Positions 21,601-28,977 of a DNA stretch of 64,000 nucleotides are shown here, piece by piece. Position numbers and translations under genes: made by a program. The stretch covers positions 576,001 through 640,000 of the forward strand of contig OZ253580.1 of NCBI GenBank assembly GCA_965263035.1, in the 5' to 3' direction. This stretch comes from Acidobacteriota bacterium. GTDB taxonomy: Bacteria; Acidobacteriota; UBA6911; RPQK01; JAJDTT01. Within the stretch, counting starts at the first letter, position 1. Every line of letters starts with the position of its first letter. The notes beneath the pieces were generated by a model. It was not told where the DNA came from, made no database searches, and saw nothing but the letters and a program-made list of their open reading frames with translations.

Positions 21601-21822
21601 AGGCGTCTCGTGCTCCTCGTCGTCCTCCGGATTGGCCGGATCGAGGCCCGAGAATCCTGGTTCCACGGGATGCAGAACGCCCGTGGGATACCGCTCAAGC
21701 GGGGATCCCTGCAGGCGACCACCATGCGCGGGGCCCATCAACTGGCGACGTATCCAGCTAACCAGACGTTTCCGTTGCTCTCCCCAACGCCTTTCGGATA
21801 AGTCACTGCTGGGTGAAGGCAT
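18604..21822 (-). CDS. drmA: DrmA-like SF2 helicase
   Basis: WRPFQLAF, FPTGGGKTEAY, RYTLRLLT, IQDELHL, STAT, TNMISVGVD, QASSRIGR; directly upstream of the DUF1998 gene. Confidence 0.88.
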   Translation of the reverse strand: MPSPSSDLSERRWGEQRKRLVSWIRRQLMGPAHGGRLQGSPLERYPTGVLHPVEPGFSGLDPANPEDDEEHETPVVDGEAAERNLAQPVRRRRYVPPSSVSFSFFVRSDDDLSLRITASAAIYERTGERDSRGRFLRHEYRRKSLEYAMEWPGGDPTLPKDVLLEVRERTHGDGRILTVVFANCREPARFNEDRDHRCLFEAGLEVEVVNGEVAEYPRVDPGLLTEEERELELQYRHKRIYAVGHGAAVDWSVKPGTPPRIWTEFMPEVDVPLVTVDAQGVDADVLVMQDLAEAPWDVVLDRLDAFVDGYQRWIREQSREAEGLETAVERATAERICGRMATARKRMRRGVALLRTDAGAKFAFRQANRAMLAQMQQQERNRNDNKWDRRKDSREYRWRPFQLAFLLGVIESTVREEDDFRGVLDLIWFPTGGGKTEAYLGLIAFLIVWRRLRHGTHGGGTAVLMRYTLRLLTRQQFERATRIICALELIRREDPERLGEEPITVGIWVGRAATPNTCRQAKGCVDDLAAGDEDAGHQFVLRACPWCHHEFTAPRSYRATLIDFVFLCRNPDCEFGPDGESADPRPLPCNVVDEVLYERPPTLLVATIDKFARLAWEQRAAGFFGSPRPGTGCACRPPELVIQDELHLIAGPLGSVAGLYEAALETILAQRGVRPKYVASTATIRMARQQVRSLYGRDLAVFPPPGLSADDSWFARVDHSRPGRLYVGYLAPALDQQHCLAPLAGALLEAPFSVFEDQQDRDDLLEAWWTQVIYHGSLRGVGNSHNAYATSVRDFVRRLDQEIEQRRRDQGDADGARERTETPQSLAQLTSLSTAQQNARTFDRLKLERGDPDCLNVVLATNMISVGVDVDRLAAMVINGQPLTTAEYVQASSRIGRAHVPGLVFANYYRHQARSLSHYENFRPYHESFYRFVEPTSVTPFTYQVRTRALHAALVSAVRHGCDALCRNEDAGAFDTEDGTVKAVIERLKCRSRQAGKARASATLRHLDRLAERWHEEARRCERQKRRLNYEAKDGSSDGLLRQFDDPPSRGLWRTLNSMRNVEDTGVLQRDD

Positions 21823-21963
21823 TGAACTGACAGTTCGCGACCGAAGCCGCAGCGTCGCGATTCCGGTTGCGGGTGGAGTTTGATCTGGGGTTCGAGTTTA
21901 GCCGGATCTCGGGAGTATCAGAGGCCCCAATCCGGCAATTATGCAGTTGGGAAATTTCTCTTC

Positions 21964-22130
21964 CTAGCAGTCTGCGCGGTAGAAATGATCGTAGCGAGAA
22001 AGTGGGGAATCGAGGCCGGATTTTCTCGATTTGGAGGTGCATAGTTGTTCTATTCGCCGAGAAATCGGGGAAATATGGGCCGATTCTACCGCTTTCGCAG
22101 TAGATCAATTTCTGCGGCGCAGGCTCCTAG
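21964..22130. mobile_element. 167-bp MITE-like element, family A, copy 1
   Basis: CTAG at both ends; imperfect terminal inverted repeats (CTAGCAGTCTGCGCGGTAGAAATGATC vs CTAGGAGCCTGCGCCGCAGAAATTGATC); inverted copy at 49272-49438. Confidence 0.85.
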
Positions 22131-22462
22131 TCGAAGTGCTTCACCTGCAGGCGCTCCGCGGCCTGGTCCGTCTGGTCTACGACGGAAGCCGCGGCGACAC
22201 CCATGGCAATGGATATGGTCTCGCTGATCTCTTCGGGGGTGGCGCCGTATTTGAGCGCCTTCCGGAGATGACCGTCCAGACAACCCTCGCACTTGAATCC
22301 CAGGGATGCGGCGATGGCGATCAGTTCCTTCTGCTTGCGGTTGATGGGAGAAGCCTTGTAGGTCTCCTGGTAGAACCTGAAGTAGATCTTCCGCATCCGG
22401 GACTCGACCATGCTGTAGGAGGGCCATTTCTCCCGATTTCCCGGATCCTTCTTCTCTGCCAT
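22127..22462 (-). CDS. Carboxymuconolactone decarboxylase/AhpD-like protein
   Basis: KQKELIAIA...CEGCLDGH...GATPEEISE motif; TAG stop lies in the MITE's terminal CTAG. Confidence 0.85.
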   Translation of the reverse strand: MAEKKDPGNREKWPSYSMVESRMRKIYFRFYQETYKASPINRKQKELIAIAASLGFKCEGCLDGHLRKALKYGATPEEISETISIAMGVAAASVVDQTDQAAERLQVKHFD

Positions 22463-22572
22463 GTTGAGGCAAAGGTTAGCACACCGTCTCAGGGCCGTTC
22501 CAGATCGGGATCCGGCGCCCCCCGGGAACTCCGAAACGGACGCCCGAGCAATTCTGCTGCTATCTTTGACCC

Positions 22573-24762
22573 GTGTCAGCCGTGGGACTCCTACTGCTTT
22601 TGATTCTCCCTGCCATGGGGCAATCCCGGGATCGGGCAAGGGTCGAACTCGTGGCCGAGAGCGGCACCGTCACCATCGAGGCCGACCGGATCGCCCGGGA
22701 GTCGAAAGATCTCTGGGTCGCCGAAGGGCAGGTCGTCATTACCCACCAGGACGGCACCATCGAAGCCGGGAGGATGACCTATGACTCCCGCACCGGCCAG
22801 CTCCGGATCCTGGAGAGTTTCGAAGTGAAACGGGGCGACCTCCGGCTCAAGGGCGCCGACGGGGAGCTGAACCTGGAGACGCAGACTGGGATTCTGAGGC
22901 AAGTGGAGGGCTCCACCGACAGGAACATCCTGGTCCAAGCCGAGACCCTTCTCAAGACCGGTCCCGACAGCTACGAGGCGCGCAACGGCTTTCTGACCGC
23001 CTGCCGGGAAGCCGTCCCCAAGTGGAGCTTCACCGTCAAGAAGGGAACCATCAAGAGCGGCGAGAGGGCTCGGATTCACCACACCTTCTTCAAGATCAAG
23101 AACATCCCGGTGTTTTATTTCCCCTTCATGTCGATTCCCACCGAGAAGAAGGAGCGCTCCAGTGGATTTCTGCTTCCCAGCACCGGCGCCTCCGACAACA
23201 AGGGCAGGCGTTTGAGCCAGTCGGTCTACCTGGTCCTGGGCCGGAGCACCGACATCATCTTCCATGAGGACTATTACTCGAAGCGTGGCTTCGGCCACGG
23301 CTTCGCCCTCCGGACCCGGCCCAACCAGACCAGTTCTCTGGAGTTGGACGGGTACTTGATCAAAGACAGCCTGGGCCAGGGAGGCGCCAGCCTCAACGGC
23401 CAGGGCGAGACCAGGTTCGGAAACGGCTACCGGGCGGTGGCCGATTTCAACTTCGTCTCCAGTTTCCTATTCCGGCAGGTGTTCTCGGACAACTTCTTCA
23501 CCGCCACCCGGCCCACGGAAAGCTCCACCCTCTTTTTGACCAGGAACCAAGGTGCCAGGAGTCTCAACGTCTCCTTTTCCCGGGAAGAGACTTTCTTTCC
23601 GGAGGGAAACGTCGTCGTTCAGAGCGTTCCAGGCGCCCAGTACCGGCTGAGCGGCCATAGATTTCGGGGGACTCCCATTTATCTGGATCTGGACACCTCG
23701 GCCGAGGGGCTGACGCGGCGTGATTCGCTGCTGAAGACCTCGGGCCTGACCCAACGCCTCGACTTCTTTCCCCAAATCTATATGTCCCTTCCTCTGGTCC
23801 AGGGCCTGCGACTGACTCCGAGGCTGGGTCTACGGGAGACCTTTTACGGGAACAGTCTGGCCGAGGCCGGCGGCGGCGAGTCCCCCGAGGGGTTCAGCGA
23901 AGAGAGCTTCTCGCGCCGATATGCCGAACTGACTCTGGATCTGAAGGGATGGGGCCTCTCGCGGATCTACGGCGATGCTTCGCGGGGCGGGTCCATGAAG
24001 CACCTGATCGAGCCGATATTCCGATATCAGTACCGAACTGGCATCGACCAGTTCGATCGGCTCCTCCGCTTCGACCATCTGGATTCCATCACCGATACCA
24101 ATGAAGTCGAGTACGGACTCTTCAACCGCTTCTTCGTCAAGCGCCAGACCCCGCACGGCTCCCAGACGCAGGAATGGATGGCGCTCAAGCTGGTCCAGAA
24201 GCACTTTCTGGATCCCGACTTCGGCGGTGCGTTCCGAGCCGGCGCCGTCAACCAGTTTCTCTCTTTCCACTCCCTCACCGGATTTCCCTTTGGGGGTATG
24301 CGAAGAGGTTATTCTCCGATCGCGGCGGTGGCGCGCGTCACCCCGGAACCCCGTGTCAACTTTGATGTCCGCGCAGATTACGATCCCGACTTTCACCGCG
24401 TCCGAAACGTCGCGGTCATGGGATTCGTCCACAGCGAGCGATTCCTTCTGGGCACTGCCTACTTCGTGACTCGGGAGCTGGAGCCCGGCACGATCCAGAC
24501 CAACCAGGTCCAGGGACAGATCGCCTTGGGACGCCTGAACCGGGGCGCGTCCCTGTCCAGCACCCTCAGCTACGACGTCCACTCCGCCCGATTCCTGAAT
24601 TACCGCACCCGCCTCAACTATTTCTGGGACTGCTGCGGCGTGTCTCTTGATTTCGTGGGGTTCAACGTGGGAGTGCGCCAGGAGAACCAGATCCGGTTTT
24701 CCTTTTACCTCAAAGGAATCGGGACCATTGGGACCATCAAACAGCCCCGGAGCGTTTTCTGA
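22573..24762 (+). CDS. lptD: LPS assembly protein LptD
   Basis: Signal peptide, OstA-like N-terminus, LTAC...PKWS, ERSSGFLLPS, beta-barrel with C-terminal DCCG. Confidence 0.85.
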   Translation: MSAVGLLLLLILPAMGQSRDRARVELVAESGTVTIEADRIARESKDLWVAEGQVVITHQDGTIEAGRMTYDSRTGQLRILESFEVKRGDLRLKGADGELNLETQTGILRQVEGSTDRNILVQAETLLKTGPDSYEARNGFLTACREAVPKWSFTVKKGTIKSGERARIHHTFFKIKNIPVFYFPFMSIPTEKKERSSGFLLPSTGASDNKGRRLSQSVYLVLGRSTDIIFHEDYYSKRGFGHGFALRTRPNQTSSLELDGYLIKDSLGQGGASLNGQGETRFGNGYRAVADFNFVSSFLFRQVFSDNFFTATRPTESSTLFLTRNQGARSLNVSFSREETFFPEGNVVVQSVPGAQYRLSGHRFRGTPIYLDLDTSAEGLTRRDSLLKTSGLTQRLDFFPQIYMSLPLVQGLRLTPRLGLRETFYGNSLAEAGGGESPEGFSEESFSRRYAELTLDLKGWGLSRIYGDASRGGSMKHLIEPIFRYQYRTGIDQFDRLLRFDHLDSITDTNEVEYGLFNRFFVKRQTPHGSQTQEWMALKLVQKHFLDPDFGGAFRAGAVNQFLSFHSLTGFPFGGMRRGYSPIAAVARVTPEPRVNFDVRADYDPDFHRVRNVAVMGFVHSERFLLGTAYFVTRELEPGTIQTNQVQGQIALGRLNRGASLSSTLSYDVHSARFLNYRTRLNYFWDCCGVSLDFVGFNVGVRQENQIRFSFYLKGIGTIGTIKQPRSVF

Positions 24763-25301
24763 CGATTTCTCCCACCGAGTCCGCCATCCTGCTTTCTCTC
24801 GGGTCCAATTTGGGCAGCCGGGAGGACTACCTGGCCCGCGCCTTGAACCAATTGAATGAACAGGGCGTGGACCCGGTGCTCTGTTCTTCGGTGTACGAGA
24901 CCGAACCGGTGGGCGTCGTGGACCAGGGCCTCTTCCTGAACCTGGTCAGCCAGGTGGAGACTCGCCAGTCCCCTGCGGAACTGCTGGTCACCTGCCTGGA
25001 CGTCGAGGCCTCTCTGGGCCGTTCACGCGAAGTTCCCAAGGGACCGCGCCACATCGACATCGACATCCTCTATTTCAAACAGGAGATCGTCCAACAGCGG
25101 CACCTCCAGATCCCCCATCCCAGACTCCGGAACCGGAAGTTCGTCCTGGTCCCCTTGAACGAGGTCCTACCCTGCTTCAGAGACCCGATTACGGGGAAAA
25201 GTCCTGCCGCACTGCTTCGACTCTGCCCGGATCGGACGCGGGTCGCACTCTATTGCGCGGCGACTCGCACCCGGGAGCCGCCGTACTGGAAGATCGGATA
25301 A
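24759..25301 (+). CDS. folK: 2-amino-4-hydroxy-6-hydroxymethyldihydropteridine diphosphokinase
   Basis: LSLGSNLG, YETEPVG, GPRHIDIDIL, IPHPRL motifs; start inferred at CTG 24759 overlapping the lptD stop. Confidence 0.9.
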   Translation: MTISPTESAILLSLGSNLGSREDYLARALNQLNEQGVDPVLCSSVYETEPVGVVDQGLFLNLVSQVETRQSPAELLVTCLDVEASLGRSREVPKGPRHIDIDILYFKQEIVQQRHLQIPHPRLRNRKFVLVPLNEVLPCFRDPITGKSPAALLRLCPDRTRVALYCAATRTREPPYWKIG

Positions 25302-25356
25302 CGACGTCGTCCCGGACCCGGAGCCGGCGCCGTACCGTGCGGCCATCACCATCGGC

Positions 25357-25365
25357 TGGTATACT
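25357..25365 (+). promoter_or_regulatory. Putative extended -10 promoter (TGgTATACT) for lepB
   Basis: TGn+TATACT in the intergenic region upstream of lepB. Confidence 0.5.
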
Positions 25366-25476
25366 CGGCGGCGTTTTTCGGGACTTGCCCGGGTTCGTTT
25401 TCCGGCCGCGTGACCGTGGTCGAATCCCGAGAGCGTCCCGGCGCGCCAGGTCGTGACCCATTCCGGCCGCAGCAGC

Positions 25477-26205
25477 ATGAAAAAGGAAGAGCATCAGGAA
25501 ACGCCCGCCAAGCAGGAGAACACCCTGCGGGAGTACTTCGTCACCACCGTCGTCTGCACCATCTTCGCGCTCTTCGTCACCACGTTCGTGGTTCATCCGA
25601 TGACGGTCCCCACGCCGTCCATGGAGCCCACGATCCTGGTGGGAGACCGCCTGCTGATCGACAAGTTCAGCTTTCGCAACGGTTACAAGCCGGGAATCCC
25701 GCTCGCCCCCGAGCGCGAGATCAAACGGGCCGACATCGTCGTCTTCAAGTTCCCCAACAATCCGGACACCCTCTACGTGAAACGCGCGATCGGGCTGCCC
25801 GGTGAAGAGTTGGAGATTCGCGGAGGAACGGTCCATATCAACGGATCGCCCTTGGATGAACCCTACAAGGTGCACCGCGATTCCACCTTTGAAGCGGGGC
25901 GGAACTTTCCGCACGATCCGCATCGGGGCGACCGTCGAGACAATACGAACCCCATCACGATTCCGGACGACAGCTATTTCGTCATGGGGGACAACCGGGA
26001 CGACAGCGCCGACAGCCGCTACTTTGGATTTCTGCCCCGAAGCCATATCGTGGGGCGACCTCTGATCGTCTTCTGGTCATACGAGGACGAGTCGAATGCG
26101 TATCTGAAGACCTCGATCCCCGAGATGCTCGGTCTTTACCTGGAGAGGATCGTCTTTTTCGTGACCCGGACCCGATGGAGCCGGATGGGGCACGTCGTCA
26201 GTTGA
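25477..26205 (+). CDS. lepB: Signal peptidase I
   Basis: SMEPT catalytic Ser, YVKRAIGLPG catalytic Lys, GDNRDDSADSR. Confidence 0.93.
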   Translation: MKKEEHQETPAKQENTLREYFVTTVVCTIFALFVTTFVVHPMTVPTPSMEPTILVGDRLLIDKFSFRNGYKPGIPLAPEREIKRADIVVFKFPNNPDTLYVKRAIGLPGEELEIRGGTVHINGSPLDEPYKVHRDSTFEAGRNFPHDPHRGDRRDNTNPITIPDDSYFVMGDNRDDSADSRYFGFLPRSHIVGRPLIVFWSYEDESNAYLKTSIPEMLGLYLERIVFFVTRTRWSRMGHVVS

Positions 26206-26246
26206 CCCCAGGGTCGCCGGAGAACCAGGGGGATAGACCAGAGAGT

Positions 26247-27998
26247 ATGAGAACGCCGCTGGCCCGCCTTTCACGAAACAGGCGGCTTTTCGCCAATTGG
26301 TTTGTCCGGCGCGGCGAGATGGCGCTGGCGATGTTTCGCCGGACTATTCGGGACCGCCCCTGGGAATGGAGTCCTTCGGATCCGAGGCGAAAAGGCCATC
26401 ACCTGTTGGACGGCTGGCGACTCCGGCTCTCCCGCGCCGGAGTCCTGGGACTCTTGGCGGCAATCTCCATCGGTCTCGCCCTTTGGGTCGGAACCGGGTC
26501 GAAACCGGCGCTACCCTCCCAGACGGCGCCCGCTGCAGTTGAAGCGGACGCCGGCCCGCCTCCGGCCGCCCCAAGTTATCAGCCGGAGATTGCCGAAAGC
26601 ACGCGCCGGCCCGATCCCGACCTGACGCGGAAGATCGACGCCCTGCTGGACAGCAAGCGGTACCGCCGGGCCTCGTGGGGAGTCGATGTGCGCTACGTCG
26701 ACGGAGGAGCCGTTCTCTATTCCCGGAATCCCCTGAAGTACTTCATTCCGGCCAGCAACATGAAGGTCTTCACGACGACGGCGATTCTGGACCGTCTGGG
26801 GCCCAACTTCCGATTCGAGACCCGCCTCGGCTACGAGGGGCAACTCCAGGAAAACGGGGTTCTGACCGGAGACCTGGTCCTGATCGGGGGAGGAGATCCC
26901 GGCTTGGCCAACAATCTGGGTTCCGGACACATTTTCCAACATCTGGACAACATGGCCCGGGAGGTGGAACGGGCCGGCATCCGCCTGATCCAAGGGGACG
27001 TGGTAGGCGACGACTCCTTCTTTTCCTATGCACCCCACGGGCGAGGATGGAACAAGAAGGACCTGGAATACCACTACGCCCCTCGAGTCTCCGCCCTATC
27101 CTTCTATGACAACCTCCTGAATCTGGTGGCCCGTCCCGGCAGACGGACCGGACAGCCCATCCGTCTTTCCAGCTACCCGTCCAACTCCCTTTTTCAACTG
27201 GTCAACATGGGCACGACCGTCGCGGATGGTCCGCAGGCCACTGGGTACCTCTACCGATCCCTGGGAAATCACAAGGCGGTCATCGGTGGCCAAATCCCCG
27301 TCAACAGTCCAGGCTGGACTCGCCGGATCACGATGGAGGATCCCGCCCTGTATACGGCAACACTCTTGAGGGACCGTCTTCGCAAGCGGGGTATTCGGGT
27401 CGGAGGCTCGGTCCGCTCCCGTCACATCGCGCCCACAGACGGCATGGAAACGAAGGGAATCTACGTCCACGAGTCCCCGCCTCTGATCGAAGTCATCTTT
27501 CGGGTCAATAAGGAGAGTCACAATCTCTACGCCGAGATCCTGCTCCGGACCCTGGGCGCCGTCGTCAAGGGCCGAGGCAGCGATTCGGGTGGACTGGAAG
27601 TGGTTTACGAACTGCTTCGGGAAGCGGGGGTCCCCTTGCGCCTCACCGACCTTCAGGACGGGTCCGGGCTTTCGGAGCAGAACCTGATCACACCCCGGGC
27701 GCAATCGCTGTTACTTCGGCACGTAGCGGGAAAGTCCTTCTTCCCCTTCTTCCTGGGGAGCTTGCCCGTTGCCGGCAGGAACGGCACGCTCAGAGGGCGA
27801 ATGGGGGGAACGCCCGCAGCCAACCGCGTCTTCGCCAAGACCGGGACCCTTTCCAATGCCATCACCCTGGGCGGCTATGTCCAGTCCCGATCCTCGGAAC
27901 TGTTGGCCTTTTCCATCCTGGTCAACGACCACCGCTTCGGCCACTACAACGCCCGCCGCGGAATCGACCAGATCTGCAGCCTTCTGGCCAAGCGTTGA
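26247..27998 (+). CDS. dacB: D-alanyl-D-alanine carboxypeptidase/endopeptidase (PBP4)
   Basis: PASNMK (SxxK), SHN (SxN), DGSGLS, KTGTL; start uncertain (26247 or 26319). Confidence 0.9.
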   Translation: MRTPLARLSRNRRLFANWFVRRGEMALAMFRRTIRDRPWEWSPSDPRRKGHHLLDGWRLRLSRAGVLGLLAAISIGLALWVGTGSKPALPSQTAPAAVEADAGPPPAAPSYQPEIAESTRRPDPDLTRKIDALLDSKRYRRASWGVDVRYVDGGAVLYSRNPLKYFIPASNMKVFTTTAILDRLGPNFRFETRLGYEGQLQENGVLTGDLVLIGGGDPGLANNLGSGHIFQHLDNMAREVERAGIRLIQGDVVGDDSFFSYAPHGRGWNKKDLEYHYAPRVSALSFYDNLLNLVARPGRRTGQPIRLSSYPSNSLFQLVNMGTTVADGPQATGYLYRSLGNHKAVIGGQIPVNSPGWTRRITMEDPALYTATLLRDRLRKRGIRVGGSVRSRHIAPTDGMETKGIYVHESPPLIEVIFRVNKESHNLYAEILLRTLGAVVKGRGSDSGGLEVVYELLREAGVPLRLTDLQDGSGLSEQNLITPRAQSLLLRHVAGKSFFPFFLGSLPVAGRNGTLRGRMGGTPAANRVFAKTGTLSNAITLGGYVQSRSSELLAFSILVNDHRFGHYNARRGIDQICSLLAKR

Positions 27999-28052
27999 GG
28001 AATTCCCGCCACATCGCGACGGCAAGCCATGAAGACATTGGGAGAAACTCTG

Positions 28053-28077
28053 GCAGGGGCGACTCTTGTGGGCACCC
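28053..28077 (+). repeat. Degenerate REP-like palindrome
   Basis: GCAGGGGCGACTCTTGTGGGCACCC matches 19/25 positions of the GTAG-REP at 39428-39452 (reverse complement). Confidence 0.5.
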
Positions 28078-28129
28078 GAATACTATCGTGAGGGGGATGC
28101 AGCACCGGTCGAATGCCCCGATAACCATG

Positions 28130-28163
28130 GGCAAAGTGCAGCCAATATCGGCTGCACTTTGCC
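28130..28163. terminator. Perfect 14-bp inverted repeat between convergent dacB and mazF; possible bidirectional terminator
   Basis: GGCAAAGTGCAGCC-aatatc-GGCTGCACTTTGCC; no clear U-tract. Confidence 0.55.
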
Positions 28164-28240
28164 GCTGATCAGGGCTCGTCCTCATGGCGCCTGTGCGGCA
28201 TAGGTGCCAAACTCCTCCGGTGGAGTGTTTGCCCTGACCC

Positions 28241-28606
28241 TCACAGATCGAGATGCAGACGGAGAGCGTTGTCGATCTCGTTCATAAGCTGCAACGCTAC
28301 TCGACCGATGCGAGCTTGGAGGCGTTCTACAGCGACGGCCCGAACCTGTTCCGCCTGGGCCTTCGAGTCACGTCGCAGACCACAGGCACGGGCGTGTAGT
28401 CGGACCTGAAACGGGTACACCTTGCTTACATTGCCGGTCACGGGAACCACGGTAACGACTCCACGTCCCAGGGCGGCTGCACTCTGGTTGGCTCCGTTGT
28501 TGCTCACGACCACCGCTGGTCGGCGATAGGCCGCCTCGGCGCCTGCGGGGATGCTGAAGTCAACTGTCCAGATATCGCCCCGACGCAACTGTTCCAATCG
28601 GTTCAA
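28241..28606 (-). CDS. mazF: MazF/PemK-family endoribonuclease toxin
   Basis: RRGDIW, RPAVVVSN, VVPVT, KAQAEQVRAV; TTG start overlapping the antitoxin stop (TTGA). Confidence 0.92.
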   Translation of the reverse strand: MNRLEQLRRGDIWTVDFSIPAGAEAAYRRPAVVVSNNGANQSAAALGRGVVTVVPVTGNVSKVYPFQVRLHARACGLRRDSKAQAEQVRAVAVERLQARIGRVALQLMNEIDNALRLHLDL

Positions 28607-28824
28607 GGTTTCAATCCGTCGGTGGCTGAACGTTCCCATGCATCAGCGTCGTCATCGGCATTCCATTCCTCCCACGCGGCCGCGTAATCGCGGGCGAGAT
28701 CCATGGTACGCAATAGATGCAGGGCTGTCCGCACCACTGCGGACCGCGACTTGATGCCTTGTGCGCGGGCATAGTGGTCAACGAAGCCGACGTCTTCTTC
28801 CCGAAGGCTGATGCTGAGTTTCAT
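28603..28824 (-). CDS. mazE: Ribbon-helix-helix antitoxin (MazE9-like)
   Basis: MKLSISL...SRSAVVRTAL...DYAAAWEEW; immediately upstream of the toxin. Confidence 0.88.
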   Translation of the reverse strand: MKLSISLREEDVGFVDHYARAQGIKSRSAVVRTALHLLRTMDLARDYAAAWEEWNADDDADAWERSATDGLKP

Positions 28825-28830
28825 CTCTCG

Positions 28831-28861
28831 ATACTACATAAAATACTACTGGATATGCTAC
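28831..28861 (-). promoter_or_regulatory. mazEF promoter/operator candidate: three AT(A/G)CTAC direct repeats, 12-bp period
   Basis: ATACTAC 28831, ATACTAC 28843, ATGCTAC 28855; the proximal copy reads TAGTAT (-10-like) on the minus strand, 6 nt from the ATG. Confidence 0.65.
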
Positions 28862-28977
28862 TGGCTGTCTGTGGTCGGTTTCCATTTGGCACCCGAAGGT
28901 GGGGCCTGCCGTACGAGAACGTCTTGATCCTCTGAAAGCCTTGCATCCCGGCAGCGAGTGACTCCAAACTGCCCGCC

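Noticed and set aside
13747-21963. DISARM-like operon as a classical tRNA-Glu-integrated island
   Set aside because: The operon lies on the 5' side of the tRNA, no integrase is present and no convincing duplicate of the tRNA 3' end was found (GGGGTTCGAG near 21887 and GCCCCAA near 21924 are too short).
22031-22603. Shared N-terminus MEVHSCSIRREIGEIW in two ORFs (22031+ and 49371-) as a protein domain
   Set aside because: It is only translation through the two MITE copies.
28000-28240. attC site making mazEF an integron cassette
   Set aside because: The hairpin lacks RYYYAAC/GTTRRRY core boxes and extrahelical bases; no integron integrase nearby.
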